Positions 51,448 through 64,000 of a DNA stretch of 64,000 bases are shown here, piece after piece. Both the position numbers and the translations under genes were made by a program. The notes under the pieces are model-generated. The model saw only the letters and a program-made list of their open reading frames with translations. It did not search any database and was not told the DNA's origin. This DNA is from Octopus bimaculoides (lineage: Eukaryota): contig NC_068981.1 of the NCBI RefSeq assembly GCF_001194135.2, positions 35,469,477-35,533,476 on the forward strand. The letters run 5' to 3'. Numbering within the stretch: position 1 is the first letter of the stretch; each line of letters opens with the position of its first letter.

Positions 51448-51620
51448 ATCATCATCATCATCATCATCATCGTTTAACGTCCGCTTTCCATGCTAGCATG
51501 GGTTGGACGATTTGACTGAGGACTGGTGAAACCGGATGGCAACACCAGGCTCCAGTCTGATTTGGCAGAGTTTCTACAGCTGGATGCCCTTCCTAACGCC
51601 AACCACTCAGAGAGTGTAGT
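51448..51620 (-). mobile_element. Young RTE 3'-tail element
   Basis: Near-identical to the ends of the copies at 18205, 22300 and 55805. Confidence 0.85.
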
Positions 51621-53328
51621 ATGATATTTGTAAATGAGTGTCAATGTCATGCAAGCAGTGTCCATTTCCAGTCTTCCATGAAAGCATGTTTGGTCATGGG
51701 AAAATAATTACCTTACTTGGAAATAGGGGGAGGGTTGGTGACAGGAAGGGCATCTAGCCATTGGAAATCCATCTCAACAAATACCATCCAAGCCATGTAA
51801 GCTTGGAATAAGTGAATGCTAAAACAGTGGTGATGATGACTGGAATAATGAATAATGAAAACACTATGGTTAGGGACGATTGAAGCTAACTTGAGAGTTT
51901 CTATTAGCTGTATCAGTTGTATTCCAGCTAAATAGTGAATGGTTTTTAGACATCTAACTGCACCAGTAGGCAATCAATACACATACAAAGGAAATAGTAT
52001 TGTTACACTAAATACATATTCTGTACTCATGAGTAACACAGCTAAAGCATACAGATTTGCTACAAATAATGTCTTATCATCTCTAATACCCCTTCATGGT
52101 AACCACACACCTATAGCATTACCAAAACTATATCTCAGTGGCTAGGTTTTCACTTTTTTAGTGTTACCCTCTTCAGATACTTCAGCCTTGAAGAATTGCT
52201 GATACTCCAAAAAAGAAATACAAGCACTTGCATATTTGGGTTGGCACTAATTACAAGCATTCATTACTCATCCCTCCCCACTCCACCAAATGCCATCTGG
52301 ATTATTAGCAGACTTTCATCAACACTAATTTGCTGATTTTCTTTTTCTCTCTTTCTCTCTCTTCAACTGGTATTGCAACTACTTTGTTCCTCTAAATCAT
52401 CAAAATGCATGATGCTCGTATCAAAAGCCTTGTTATGCTTCCATTTCTCTTATTTCTACCTACATATTGTCTTACTGACCAAAACCTACACTAAATACTT
52501 GACACTACCTTTTCTTCCCAGATTTACCATTATCTGGAATTTTCCCCCTGCATATTTTCCTTGTGAAGTAGAACATCAGACAAATTAACTTCATCAATTT
52601 CACATGTCAATGACGGTACCTTTATCATCCAAATTGTCTTCAAATCACACTCTACCATTCTCAAAAGAAAAACAAAAAACAATATATTGGATAATATAGT
52701 CTGAAATACTCCTAAAAAGATGCGATGGACATGGGTGGATTTCCTCTAATCATAGGTTTACTCAATCAGAACTGAATTGAGGCTAAACAACAAATACCAT
52801 CTCATAAATTTGAGTGAGTCTTCAAAGATAATGGGTGCTGTCCATCTTTTTTGAATGAGCTGCTTGTATTTTAGGAACAAGGCCAACAATTTTGAAGTAA
52901 GGGGGTTAGTTGATTACATCAACCCCAAGTACTTCATTCTATTAACTCCTGCAAAATGAAAGCCAAGTTGACCTTGGTAGGATTTGAATTCTGATTTACT
53001 TCCACCAACTGGTGATAGTATAAGTCTAAGTGTGTCTTTGTTATCAGCCGATAGTTCAAGCATTCAAGCTATACTTGATGCAAAAAGCTTTACTGAAAAT
53101 GCTCAAGTAAAACAGTAAACTCCAGGAAAACAAATGATTGCTTGCATCAGCAAATAATAATCAGAAAAAATAAATTTTGTGGTTGATAATTCACTGAAGG
53201 AAGCACAACTCAGTATTAGTCAGTTGATTACAATGCTGAGTGACAGTTGTGCCAGAGTTTTATCAGCAGTCTGTTAGGTTTTGGATACAGAAGTTGTAGA
53301 AAGAAGATATTAAAAAAACAAGAGCACA

Positions 53329-53680
53329 AACCTCTGCCAATGCAACACCGTCTTCTCAATAATTAGCCAGAGATGATTTTTAAAATGAGAATATCTGAAA
53401 TAAACTCAACTGCTCTCACAAATGAGAATACTAAAAATGAACCTGACCGCTCTCAAAAATTAAGTTTAAAAAAAAAAAAAACAGGAAAAATAATCCAGAA
53501 TCCTTGTCCAGTACCAGGTCGATCCCAAAATCTAATCAATTCATGTCAGTCACGAGGCCAAACATCCCTGAAAGTTTCATCCAAATCCATCCAGTGGTTC
53601 TTGAGATATCTTGTCCACAGACAAACAAACATACATAACTGAAAACAATACCTCTGCCTTCACTTAGATGGAGGTAAAAA
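53329..53680 (+). mobile_element. Non-autonomous Helitron/Helentron-like element
   Basis: acctctgcc near both ends, a core of aagtttcatccaaatccatccagtggttcttgagatatc, an (AAAC)n tract, and the terminal hairpin acctctgccttcacttagatggaggt followed by an A run; layout typical of HINE/DINE-like elements (recall). Confidence 0.6.
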
Positions 53681-54159
53681 AGATCCAGTTCAAAGATTTG
53701 CTACCTTGCTTGCAATGGTTTCTTCATATTCAGGGCATTAAATTATCTTGTTTATCTTGCAAAAAGACTTTCCAGTATCGGAGTATGGGCCCTGTTTTTC
53801 TACCATATAATACTTATAATTGCAATGAGGAATCAAAAGCTTATATTAATCTCTGGCATTGTTTGTATGGATAGTGACTTTGCTTTTATTCAGCGCACAA
53901 TGTTAAGACAGTGACAAGACACAAATTCATAAGCATGCATACAACACATACAATGTCATTGAGGGAAACTCTTCCATGCTTGCATGGATCAGACAGAATT
54001 TGTCGAGGCAGATTTTCTGCAGTTGGATGCTCTTGCTGTTGCCAATCCTCACCTGTTTTTAAGCAAGGTAACATTTCTCCATGGCTGGTTATGTTCTCAT
54101 GGAAAACTGAAAGTAAGAGATACCACTTATAAAGTGAAGATGTATCTTTTAACTTATAC

Positions 54160-54530
54160 TTGTTTCAGTCATTAGAATGTGGCCATGCTGGAGCACCACT
54201 ATGGAGAATTTTTGAATGAATTTACCCTGGTACTTAATTTTGTTAAGCCTGGTACCTATTCTATTGATCTTTTTTGCCAAACTGCTACATTACAGAGATG
54301 TAAACACACCAACACCAGTTGTCAAGTGGTGGTGGGGAAACGCACGAAGGCACGTATACACACACATATAAATACATATGATGAGCTTCTTTCAGTTTCC
54401 ATCTACCAAATCCACTCATCAGACTTTGATCAGTCCAAGGCTATAGTAGAAGACACTTGCCCAAGGTGCCACACAGTGGAACTGAACCCAGAACCATGTG
54501 GATGGGAAACAGGCTTCTTAACCACACATC
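54160..54530 (-). mobile_element. Main-family SINE
   Basis: Colinear with 2357-2720; followed by a partial second head at 54540-54650. Confidence 0.75.
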
Positions 54531-55562
54531 CATGCTGTTTTGATCAGCCTGGGACTATAATAGAAGACACCCAAGGTGCACCCACATAACAGGACTGAAC
54601 CTGAAACCACATGGTTGGGAAGCAAACTTCTTAACCATACTCCCATACCTGCACATATTCAAACATTAAAAGTTAAAATTCCAAAAGTAGAGCACATTAA
54701 TGTAACAATATTCTTTTCTTTCATTTCAGTTTGCCAAGTTAGATTCGGTTTTTAACTTTTGACAATGCTAGCATCTATAAAATGTTTACATGTACACCCA
54801 CACACCCACCTTGTTTTACTTTTCATGTGTCATTCCATGTAAATTACTTTATATATTGTTAGTGTGTCTGTGTGCAAACAAAAGTCCCGAGGAATTTGTT
54901 TTGAATAAACTCATTCATTCATTTTGCAGTTGTTTTCCATGCTTTCATCGGTTGGTTTGATTGAAGCTTATTTGAGGCACCATTTTACAGCTTTTCCTGT
55001 CATCAGCTCTTATCTGTTTTTCATGCAGAGGATTCTTTTTTATTCCATTAGTCCTCAAAAGTGCAGGAAAACCATAACAGTTGGAATGTTAACATTAGTA
55101 TGTGCATGTGTGTGGGTGCATACAAACACACCCGCACATGCACATATGCATACATGCATGCACACACATTCACGATTGGCGTCCATATGGTTTTTGTCTA
55201 CCATTTTCACTCACAAGGCATTTGTTGACCCAAGGCTCTAATAGAAGAAAGACAGTTGTCCGAGGTGGTGTCATGTAGTGAGATAGAACTTTGAATTCAT
55301 GTGTTTGCAAAGCAAACTCCACATTTACATAACCATGCTTGATGTGTATGTGAAATCATGTACATTATGTTTAATAAGCATATTTAGTGTTGTTATGAAA
55401 TATTTAGGCATGACTATGTGGTAAGAAGCTTGCTTCTCAACCACATGGTTCTGGGTTCAGTCCCACGGCATGGCATCTTGGGCAAGTGTCTTCTACTATA
55501 GCCTCAGGCCGACCAAAGCCTTGTAAATGGATTTAGTAGATGGAAACTGAAAGAAACCCACC

Positions 55563-55598
<36 letters not shown>

Positions 55599-55804
55599 TG
55601 TGGAAGGATACCCCCCCCCCCCAAGTGACTGAAAGTGGACCGTCTCATTGCTATAAAACAACTGTGAGCAATTGGCAGTTTGTGTTGGTAGCAGTTCACT
55701 GTGGGCCTTTGATATAGAGCATTCAGTCTCATGTAATAGTAATGTGTTATGTATATATTTTCCTCCCTACTACTTTGTTATATTATCCAATACAAGGATA
55801 TATA

Positions 55805-56174
55805 TATATCATCATCATTGTTTAACGTCCGCTTTCCATGCTAGCATGGGTTGGACAATTTGACTGAGGACTGGCGAACCAGATAGCTGCACCAGGCTCC
55901 AATCTGATCTGGCAGAGTTTCTACAGCTGGACACCCTTCCTAACGCCAACCACTCCTAGGGCCAGTCAGGCGGTACTGGCAACAGCCACGCTCAAATGGT
56001 GTTTTTTTTACATGTCACCTGTACAGGAGCCAATCCAGCGGCACTGGCAATGATCTCACTCGAATGTTTTTTCACATGCCACCGGCACAAGTGCCAGTAA
56101 GGCGACACTGGTAACAATCACGCTCAAATGGTGCTATTTACGTGCCACCGGCACGGAAGTCAGACAGCTGCTCT

Positions 56175-56175
<1 letters not shown>
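55805..56175 (-). mobile_element. RTE 3'-tail element with UTR minisatellite
   Basis: Same tail as 18205 and 29930. Confidence 0.85.
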
Positions 56176-56261
<86 letters not shown>

Positions 56262-56496
56262 ATATGTTTGTGTCTGTTTTTATTCCCCCATTATCGCTTG
56301 ACAACTGGTGTTGGTGTATTTATGTCCCCGTAACTTAGCAGTTTGGCAAAGAGAACGATAGAATAAGTACTAGGCTTAAAAATAAGTCCTGGGGTGGAAT
56401 TATTTGACCAAAAACACTTCAAAGTAGTGCTCCAGCATGGCTGCAGTCAAATGACTGAAACAAGTAAAAGAATAAAAGAATATGAAATGATTCCAG

Positions 56497-56803
56497 CAGT
56501 GGTTCTCAACCATCTTTAATCTACAGACTCTTTTGATTTCTATTTTATGTTGGTTGACCCCCATAACTTTTCAATGTTTAAAAGCTAAGTTTATAGATAC
56601 TTCTTTTAAAGTTCCTATTTTGTTTATCACACATTAACTTGTGTAGGTTGAGCTGTGTAAAATGTCAAGGAAAGAAACCTATCCATTCCTTGCAATACAC
56701 ACATCTAAAGTAAAATTTTTTCATGGATCCAATTTATTATTTTGCTTATAAAATCTTATATGGATCCCCCAAATCTTATACAGACCCTAGTTGAGAACCA
56801 CTG
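56497..56803. mobile_element. hAT (Charlie-like) MITE
   Basis: Perfect 14-bp TIRs CAGTGGTTCTCAAC / GTTGAGAACCACTG; 8-bp TSD gattccag / gattacag matches at 7 of 8. Confidence 0.9.
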
Positions 56804-57597
56804 GATTACAGAATCTTTGGTAGCATGAGAGATCAGCCCACTAAGTCTCATTGTAGTCTACTTACTTCAACTACTCGCTACCTAAGTTAATGAAGAGTAA
56901 ATTTCTTTGTGAAAAATATTAATAAATTATTAGTGATGTAATGTCATTTACATGAACAAGTTTCATGAGCAGGTTTTACAACCTTGTTTTAAAGAAATGT
57001 ACAGGTGCGAGTGTGATTGTGTGGTTAGGAACTAGCTTCCCAATCACATCCTCCTGAGTTCAGTCCCACTGAGTGAAACCTTGAGCAAGTGTCTTCTTCT
57101 ATAGCCTCAGGCTGACCCAGGCTTTGTGAGTGAATTTGGTAGATGGAAACTGAAAGAAACCCATAATATATGTGTGTGTCTTCGTATCTGTTTTTGTCCC
57201 CCACTGCTGCTTAACAATTGGTGTTGGTGTGTTTTACAGACATCCCTGTAACATTACCAGAATGTATTGAGAATGAATAGATGCTGTTTTCTGCATGTAC
57301 CCCATGAATTATTAAAGCTGTTGGTATTTCTGTTAATTAAACCCAGTCATTGGACCTGGCGTAGTAAATCACATTACACCTTAAACAGATTGTTTACATT
57401 TTTGTTAAGATTTACTCTTAGCAACTTTGGTGACTGGAAATGGAGGTAAGTGACTCCGGTGAATCTTACGGCAAAATAAGTGTCAGTTGCTCACTTTATG
57501 CTTAGCTACTGAAGATTGTGGCCTGCTTACAGTACATTTTCATATACAAACTGAATATATGTTTATTAAACACTGTATGTGATTTCATAAGCGCATA

Positions 57598-57599
<2 letters not shown>

Positions 57600-57693
<94 letters not shown>
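57600..57693. repeat. Long (TG)n microsatellite
   Basis: Uninterrupted GT dinucleotide run; similar tracts at 12086-12158 (CA)n, 8516-8575 (GA)n and 56178-56258 (TA)n. Confidence 0.95.
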
Positions 57694-57694
<1 letters not shown>

Positions 57695-59269
57695 ATATAT
57701 ATATATATATATACACACACACATACACACACCACGTAATAAATAATGAGAAGGTGATATTAACTTGATAGTAATATAAAAAGTTAGACCAGTCAAGTTA
57801 AAGTTTGCTTTTCCTATATTTATCTTTTTCGTTTTGTTACTAAGGGATTATTTCCACTTGAAGGAATACAGATCTATTTTGTTTGTGTATAAATAAATTA
57901 TTAGCATTGCTTGTGAGTGACTTAAAGAAAGTAGACAGAAAGGTCAATGCTCTTCTCTTTACATCACACAGCAGCACTTGACAAACTTACTGACAATGAT
58001 AACTCTGTGTTTTCTCCATAGATATCAATATCAGTGAGTGCTGGCTAATGGAATGTTGTTAAAGGCTTTTATGATATGCCATAATCAAATTTTTTATTTT
58101 ATTTATTTTATTTATTTGTTAGGTTTCATTCAGGCTGACAGTTTTATGAAAGACAGCGCTAACTGCGATTATTATTTCTTGTAAAATTAATTTTGAAAGA
58201 ATAAAAAATTTGGAAGGATTTAATAAAACAGCTAGCATCTTCATTATTAAATTTGTGTTTGGAACAGAACGTAGCAAAAGAGCTTTCGCATAGGATATTA
58301 GTAGGAAATTTTTATTTAAATATAAACATGTTAAAACCAGTTGTTTTGTAATATAAAACTAGAACTCTGGCAAATTGGTAACAAAAGAGTTAAAGAATTA
58401 CATGAAACATATATGTGAAGAAAGTCTCTTTTATAAAAAAACTCCATTTGACTGTGACTTTTTGCTCAATGTATATTACCCTTGTAATTTATTGATAGAC
58501 TTTGTTTTCATGTGGTTCTTTCCAATTGTCAGTGGTGGGAATACAATTAGTTCTTAATCCTTTTAGTTAGGGTACTATACAACATATGTGAAGCTGTGTA
58601 GCTTGTGGTTAGGCTGTTGCACTCAAGATCACCAGATAGTGGGTTCAATTCCCTGATCAGGTGGCATGTTGTGTTCTTGAGAGCGAAACACATCATTTCA
58701 CATTGCTCCAGTCTCCTTTCTGATCAGGGAGGAATGTTGGCCTGCTTGCCTAGCCAGCAGCATGGATGCAAAAGTGCATTGTGACCAGTGATGTGTTACA
58801 ATATCTGATAGCCTCGTTGGTCACGGCCCATGTTTCACTGCCATGTAGCATGGCTGTTCATACACAATATCTATATCTATATTGCTGAGTTTGTGAGTGT
58901 GTGTGTGTGTGTTGCATCTATAGAAATCCACACCTTACAAGATAGCAATCTGGGAGTCGCACCAATTGGATTCCTCATGGTTGAAAATGCCCGGAATCGG
59001 TTATTTGTTTTTTTTTTTTTTTCGGTGCTTCCTAACACGTGAATTTTTGCATTAAAAATAATTTTAAACCATAAATTCTAACAAGTTTCAAGTCGCCATT
59101 ATTTGCAAACATGAGTTCAGTCCCCTTCTAGCGACGATGTAAAGAGAGAGAGAGCGTGAACTGCACAAGCTTTAAGCTTATATAAAAATACCATTATTAT
59201 TATTTACAGGATTGTAACATACGCCACCCTATAATAAAGCCATTCGCACCAAAAGCATATATGTATATA

Positions 59270-59580
59270 TATGCTTACTATAGCCTCAGGCTGAACAAAA
59301 TCTTGAGTGGATTTCTTACTCGGAAACTGAGAGAAGACTGTCGTATATATGTGTATATTTGTATATGTGTGTGCCTGTATCTTGGGTTTCTACCCCCACC
59401 ATTGCTTGACAACTGATGTTGCTGTGTTTACATTCCTGTAACTTAGCGGTTTGGTAAAAGACACTGACACAATGAGTACTAGGCTTACAAAGAATAAACC
59501 CTGTGGTTGATTTCTTCGACGAACGGCGGTGCTCCACCATGGCCGCAGTCACATGACAGAAACAAGTAAAGGAATAAAAT
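59270..59580 (+). mobile_element. Headless main-family SINE
   Basis: ctactatagcctcagg...gaaactga...ggcggtgctccaccatggccgcagtc. Confidence 0.75.
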
Positions 59581-61188
59581 CTATGCCATTTTCATCCCGA
59601 GCAAGGCCGAGTATCTCTGCTAGTATATATATATAGTATGTGTTTGTTTAACATATATGTATATATATATATATAGTATGTGTTTGTATAACATACGTAC
59701 CTCACATTTATCTTGTGACTGCTTTGTGACCTCACTGGTGTTGGTGCCACATAAAAAGCACCCAGTGCATTCTGTTTGGTGGATGGTGCTAGGAAGGGTA
59801 TCCAGCCATAAAAACCACGCCAAAGCAGTTATAGAACCTGGTGGAAACCTCTGGCTCATCTGTTCTTGTCAAACCATCCAACCTATGCCAGTATAGGAAA
59901 GGGGATGTTAAATCATGATGATGATAAACATGCACATGTGTTGTATATATGTGTGTGTGTGTCATGTGCATGTGCATCTGTGAGTGTTTATATAATATTT
60001 CTCTTCAGTCAAACTCTCATTGACACTTTTAGTTCCACTTGGAAAAGAAGTGAGGGTGAAGAGTGGAGATCCCTCTCTCTCTCTCCTTCCCTCCTTCCCC
60101 CTCTCTCCAGTCATCATCATCCTCGTCATCAACAGCATTTAATGGCCATTTTCCATACTGGCATTGGCTGGATGGCTTCACAGGAATTTGCAAGGCCAGC
60201 GGCTGCACCAGGTCCCATAGCCTGTTTTGGCTTGGTTTCTACAGTTGGATGCCCTTCCTAACACCAACTTCTCTACAGAGTGTACTGGGTGCTTTTTACA
60301 TGGCAGCAGCACCAGTGCTTTTTATGTGGCGCCATCATCCACACCGATGTTTTTCATATGGTACCTTGGTTTTAGTATCTCAGTTCTGTTGTGGGTGGGT
60401 CTTCTCGAGTACAGCAGTGTGCCACATATCTCAATTCTCTGTTATCTCCTTTGTGAATTTCTCAAAAAGTAACTCTGGCAAAAATGGTTAGAGTGAAAGG
60501 ACCTACTCTAAGCTTGCACCTATAGATTGGAGAACAATTGTTAGATGAGGCCTTCATGCTTAGAGTGGTCTCAAATCTGTAGTGTTCCTTGATTGACTCT
60601 AGTTGAAGGCTTTTCTATTATCAGTAGGACTGCATTATAAATGTGTTCATATATTTTGTGTATTATGTATACTTTTATCTCATTTCTCCATTCCTTTCCT
60701 TTTTTTTCCCTCATCTTTTATGTAAACCCCACACAAATTGTAATCTGTCCTTGTAATGTCTCCCTCATCTAATGCTGCGATGGCAACTTAAAGAAATTAT
60801 TAAGATTCAACAAAATGACAAAATGCTTTATTGAAACAACAGGCACTAAATTAGTATACAGTAGCATTCTGTTAGTATGCAACAGCATTAATTAGTATGC
60901 AACATCAATTTGTATCTAATTAATGTAATTTGTTCCACATTTTCCTTGATCATGTGGTTATTTAGAATTATTTTGTATCAGCAGAATTATTCACACATTT
61001 AAAAACTGCAAATTTTTGGTTTGATGACAAAAATAAAAATAAATATATAATGGAATAGAAAGGAATAGAAGAGTAACAGTAGAACCCCCAAAAAACAAAC
61101 TAAACTTACAAAAGACCTTTATAACCTCCCCCTTTCTTTGGAATCAGAGGGCGGTGGTGGGGAAAGGATGGGGATATAAGTATTTACC

Positions 61189-61226
<38 letters not shown>

Positions 61227-61631
61227 TAAATGAGTAAATGCATATATACGTACAGGTATGTGCATACCGACATCCACCTGTATGTATAGGTGCATATCTG
61301 GGTACAGGACATTGCAAACAAAACGTAGACGATATTCATTCATTCATTCAAGCTGGCTGTTGGGGAGGTATATTTAATTTTTGAACTGGGTTTAAAAATA
61401 AACCTGCCTAACCCTGTTCAGGTTATTTGGTACAGTTTTTTTTACCAGGAAGAGATTTCCTCTGCCTGTTTGTTTGTCATAGGACAATCTCTGCACCTGA
61501 CTGTGTGCTAATGTTTTCTGTCAGTCACTATTGTACTGGGGAAATAAAGTTGCAAATACTCTACTGACTTGTTAGATTTGCTTGAGATCTCCGAGGTTTT
61601 TTTTTTTCTTTTGCTTGATTTTGGTTTGATT

Positions 61632-61666
<35 letters not shown>

Positions 61667-63560
61667 CTGACTGGATGGGTGCTTTTTGCCTTGATAGAAT
61701 GTTAACATTTATTATCCTTAACAGCAGTCAGCAATAAAACTTGTATTTTGTCATAGTCATCATTCTCTATTGTCATCATCGTTGTTGCTGGCGTCGGTGT
61801 GCAGTATTACCACTGTCGCCACCATCATCATCATCACCACCATCACCTTTTAGCTTGTAAAGTGTAGTGTGTGTGGGACACAAAAATCTAAATGATTTCT
61901 AATAAGAGCACAAAGCCTTGGATTTTAAGGGAAGGATACAATCATTTAAATTGATACCATTATTTGACTGGTATATATTTTATTGTCTCTCGAAGAGTGA
62001 AAGGCAGAGATGATATTCTGGTTGTGTTGTTGAATTTAGAATGTAATGGGGTTTAATTAAATTATAACAAGTCATTTACTTTACTGCCGTGTTGATTCTG
62101 CCACATAATTTCTCACATTTATGCACTGAAACTCAGATCTTTGGCTGAGGGCTACAGTTGAGTAAATTTCTTGAATATTTGATTGATACTTTTGTTGTTG
62201 ATCCTGGAAGGAAGGGAGACAAAATCCACATTTCACTTCAGACCATAAAGCAATGGCTTGTCATTCTACCTGTTCTACTATTGATGATTTCTAGCTTATT
62301 TTTTTCATTTTTGTTTAGTCTGAGGTGAAAGAATTTTTGTAGCCCTTCCATGTTCTTCCACACATGCCATGAAGACGATGTGGTTGGTACTTGTCTTGAA
62401 CTTCTGCTGTATGGAAAACATGAGCAGGGACGAATTAAATAAGGTTGCAGTTTTGGTGAGAAAGGATTGGGTGAAGCAAAGAGAATTTTGAGAATGTAAC
62501 ACCCAATAATTATGACAGGAAGAGAACTGAGTGAGTGTACTGAGTGTCTTGTATGAAGGTCTGATAGAGGTTGCAATTCAGTAGAGCAGGAACCAATGCA
62601 GTAAGTGTTGAGGAGACAGAGTGGGGTTATTATTTGATTCTTATTTTTCTTTAAGATATTTATGAACAATGATTTCTGGTCTAACTTTCAAAGAATAAAC
62701 GAAATTGAGAATTGAAACTAGGATAAAAGTGTAGGTTTATGCTAACTAAACCTTAACCATTAGTTTGACTAGGGCAATACAGTGCACCTTACTTGAGGTG
62801 CACTAATATTGACCCAGTCTTTCTCATACAGTCACTGTGCTCTGTAGTTTTATTTGCTATTTTTTAATCATTTAAGGCACATCTAAAACTGTTGTTATTC
62901 AACACAATATAAAACTACAATATACACAATATAAATTGCTATTCTGAACTTTGTAACTATTTCATATACAATAAACACACATTAACTGACACTTTTAAGC
63001 CTCAGTTACTGTCTCAGTTTATTTGGGCTGTACCATTTCATGTAAGTTAACATTACACATTTATCAAATCACCTTTGAGTGCAGTATTTTCATGTACTTA
63101 GTTGAATTGTAGTAGGAATATTTAAGATTGTTATGTCTCCGCCAACTACAGTGGCAAGCATTTAAGTGGAAACTAGTTTAATGCATCATCAGAACTGTCC
63201 CTACCCTGGCTGAAGTTTTTTATTTTTTTAAAATATTTTAAATTTTTGATATGCAAGACAATTGCTATTATGAACTGGATGAATTAAATAAAGTTCAAAG
63301 TCTAAACTTAATTACAACTGCCAGAATCATTGCAACAGGTTCATTTGTTATTCAATTCTTATTGCAAGAAAGACAATTGCCTTCTCTTTCGAAGGTGGTG
63401 AGCTGACAGAATTGCTATAACTAAATTTACTTCTAGGTGTTGGAAAGTATCCAGCAGTGATTTATATTTTAATACAATGAAAAGGTTATCATAATGCACT
63501 CATAAAAATCAGAAATAGTTAAGATTGTACAGTTCTATATTTAAGAGGTGAGGAATTATG

Positions 63561-63681
63561 TACATTATTTACATTTGACGGCTATTTGTCCTCATCTTGT
63601 TTGTTGTTAACACGTATCAGCTGATATACCTTCCAGTCTGATGAAGATGAGGACAAATATCCGTCAAATGTAAATAATGTA
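63561..63681. repeat. Palindrome with 38-bp arms (1 mismatch) and a 45-nt spacer
   Basis: 63561-63598 pairs with 63644-63681. Confidence 0.9.
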
Positions 63682-63769
63682 GTTCAGATTGTTTCCAGAA
63701 AAATGCTATCAGAGCATTCCAGAAGTTGTAGGTAGATTTCAAAATGATTTTGTTTGAGGAATTTTGGTA

Positions 63770-64000
63770 GCTGTTTTGAGACCTATATTGTACAAATTTC
63801 ATCATCAGAGGCATGTCTTTTGCAGATGACTTCATAAGTAGAGCCATTGCTAATTTCCATATTATTTGTTACTTCATCAATAGTCACCTGTTTGTTTAGC
63901 AGGATTATGTCACAAACTACTCAGTCATTGTTGTCCTCACTACATGACATGTTCTGCTGTCTAACTCTTTCTTTATGTGTGGCACTTATGTGAACATTTC
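63770..64000 (-). mobile_element. Mariner transposase relic
   Basis: Minus frame DIILLNKQVTIDEVTNNMEISNGSTYEVICKR...*VSKQL parallels the mariner HTH region leading into WVPxxL. Confidence 0.75.

Noticed and set aside
53049-53107. Possible 59-nt exon DSSSIQAILDAKSFTENAQ
   Set aside because: Weak donor (GTAAAA) and phase-incompatible with the next candidate exon; unsupported.

Overview
AT-rich, microsatellite-dense animal genomic DNA with short assembly gaps (N runs at 327-336, 1901-1910, 10411-10420, 13980-14177). The repeat content points to an octopus genome, which is an inference: tRNA-derived SINEs, abundant RTE LINE 3' tails ending in (GAT)n, and a HxxIHxxEKxYHCDICGK zinc-finger relic. 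The window is mostly intronic or intergenic and filled with decayed elements: RTE, CR1 and L1/Tx1 LINE fragments, a Gypsy gag relic, hAT MITEs, Chapaev-like, mariner and Helentron-like relics. Host-gene evidence is sparse. There is one convincing plus-strand poly-His/poly-Gln exon (24696-24971), two CpG-enriched promoter-like regions with splice donors on both strands (~20.5-20.9 kb and ~45.1-46.3 kb), and a few candidate micro-exons. No gene could be named. The most interesting signal is at 23771-24186: two 138-bp direct repeats 278 bp apart, each carrying all three hammerhead ribozyme strands in register but in reversed, non-canonical order. A canonical hammerhead can therefore be drawn only across the two copies, suggesting a dimer-dependent ribozyme or retrozyme-like element. 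Nearly all ORFs in the supplied track are microsatellite or TE artefacts.
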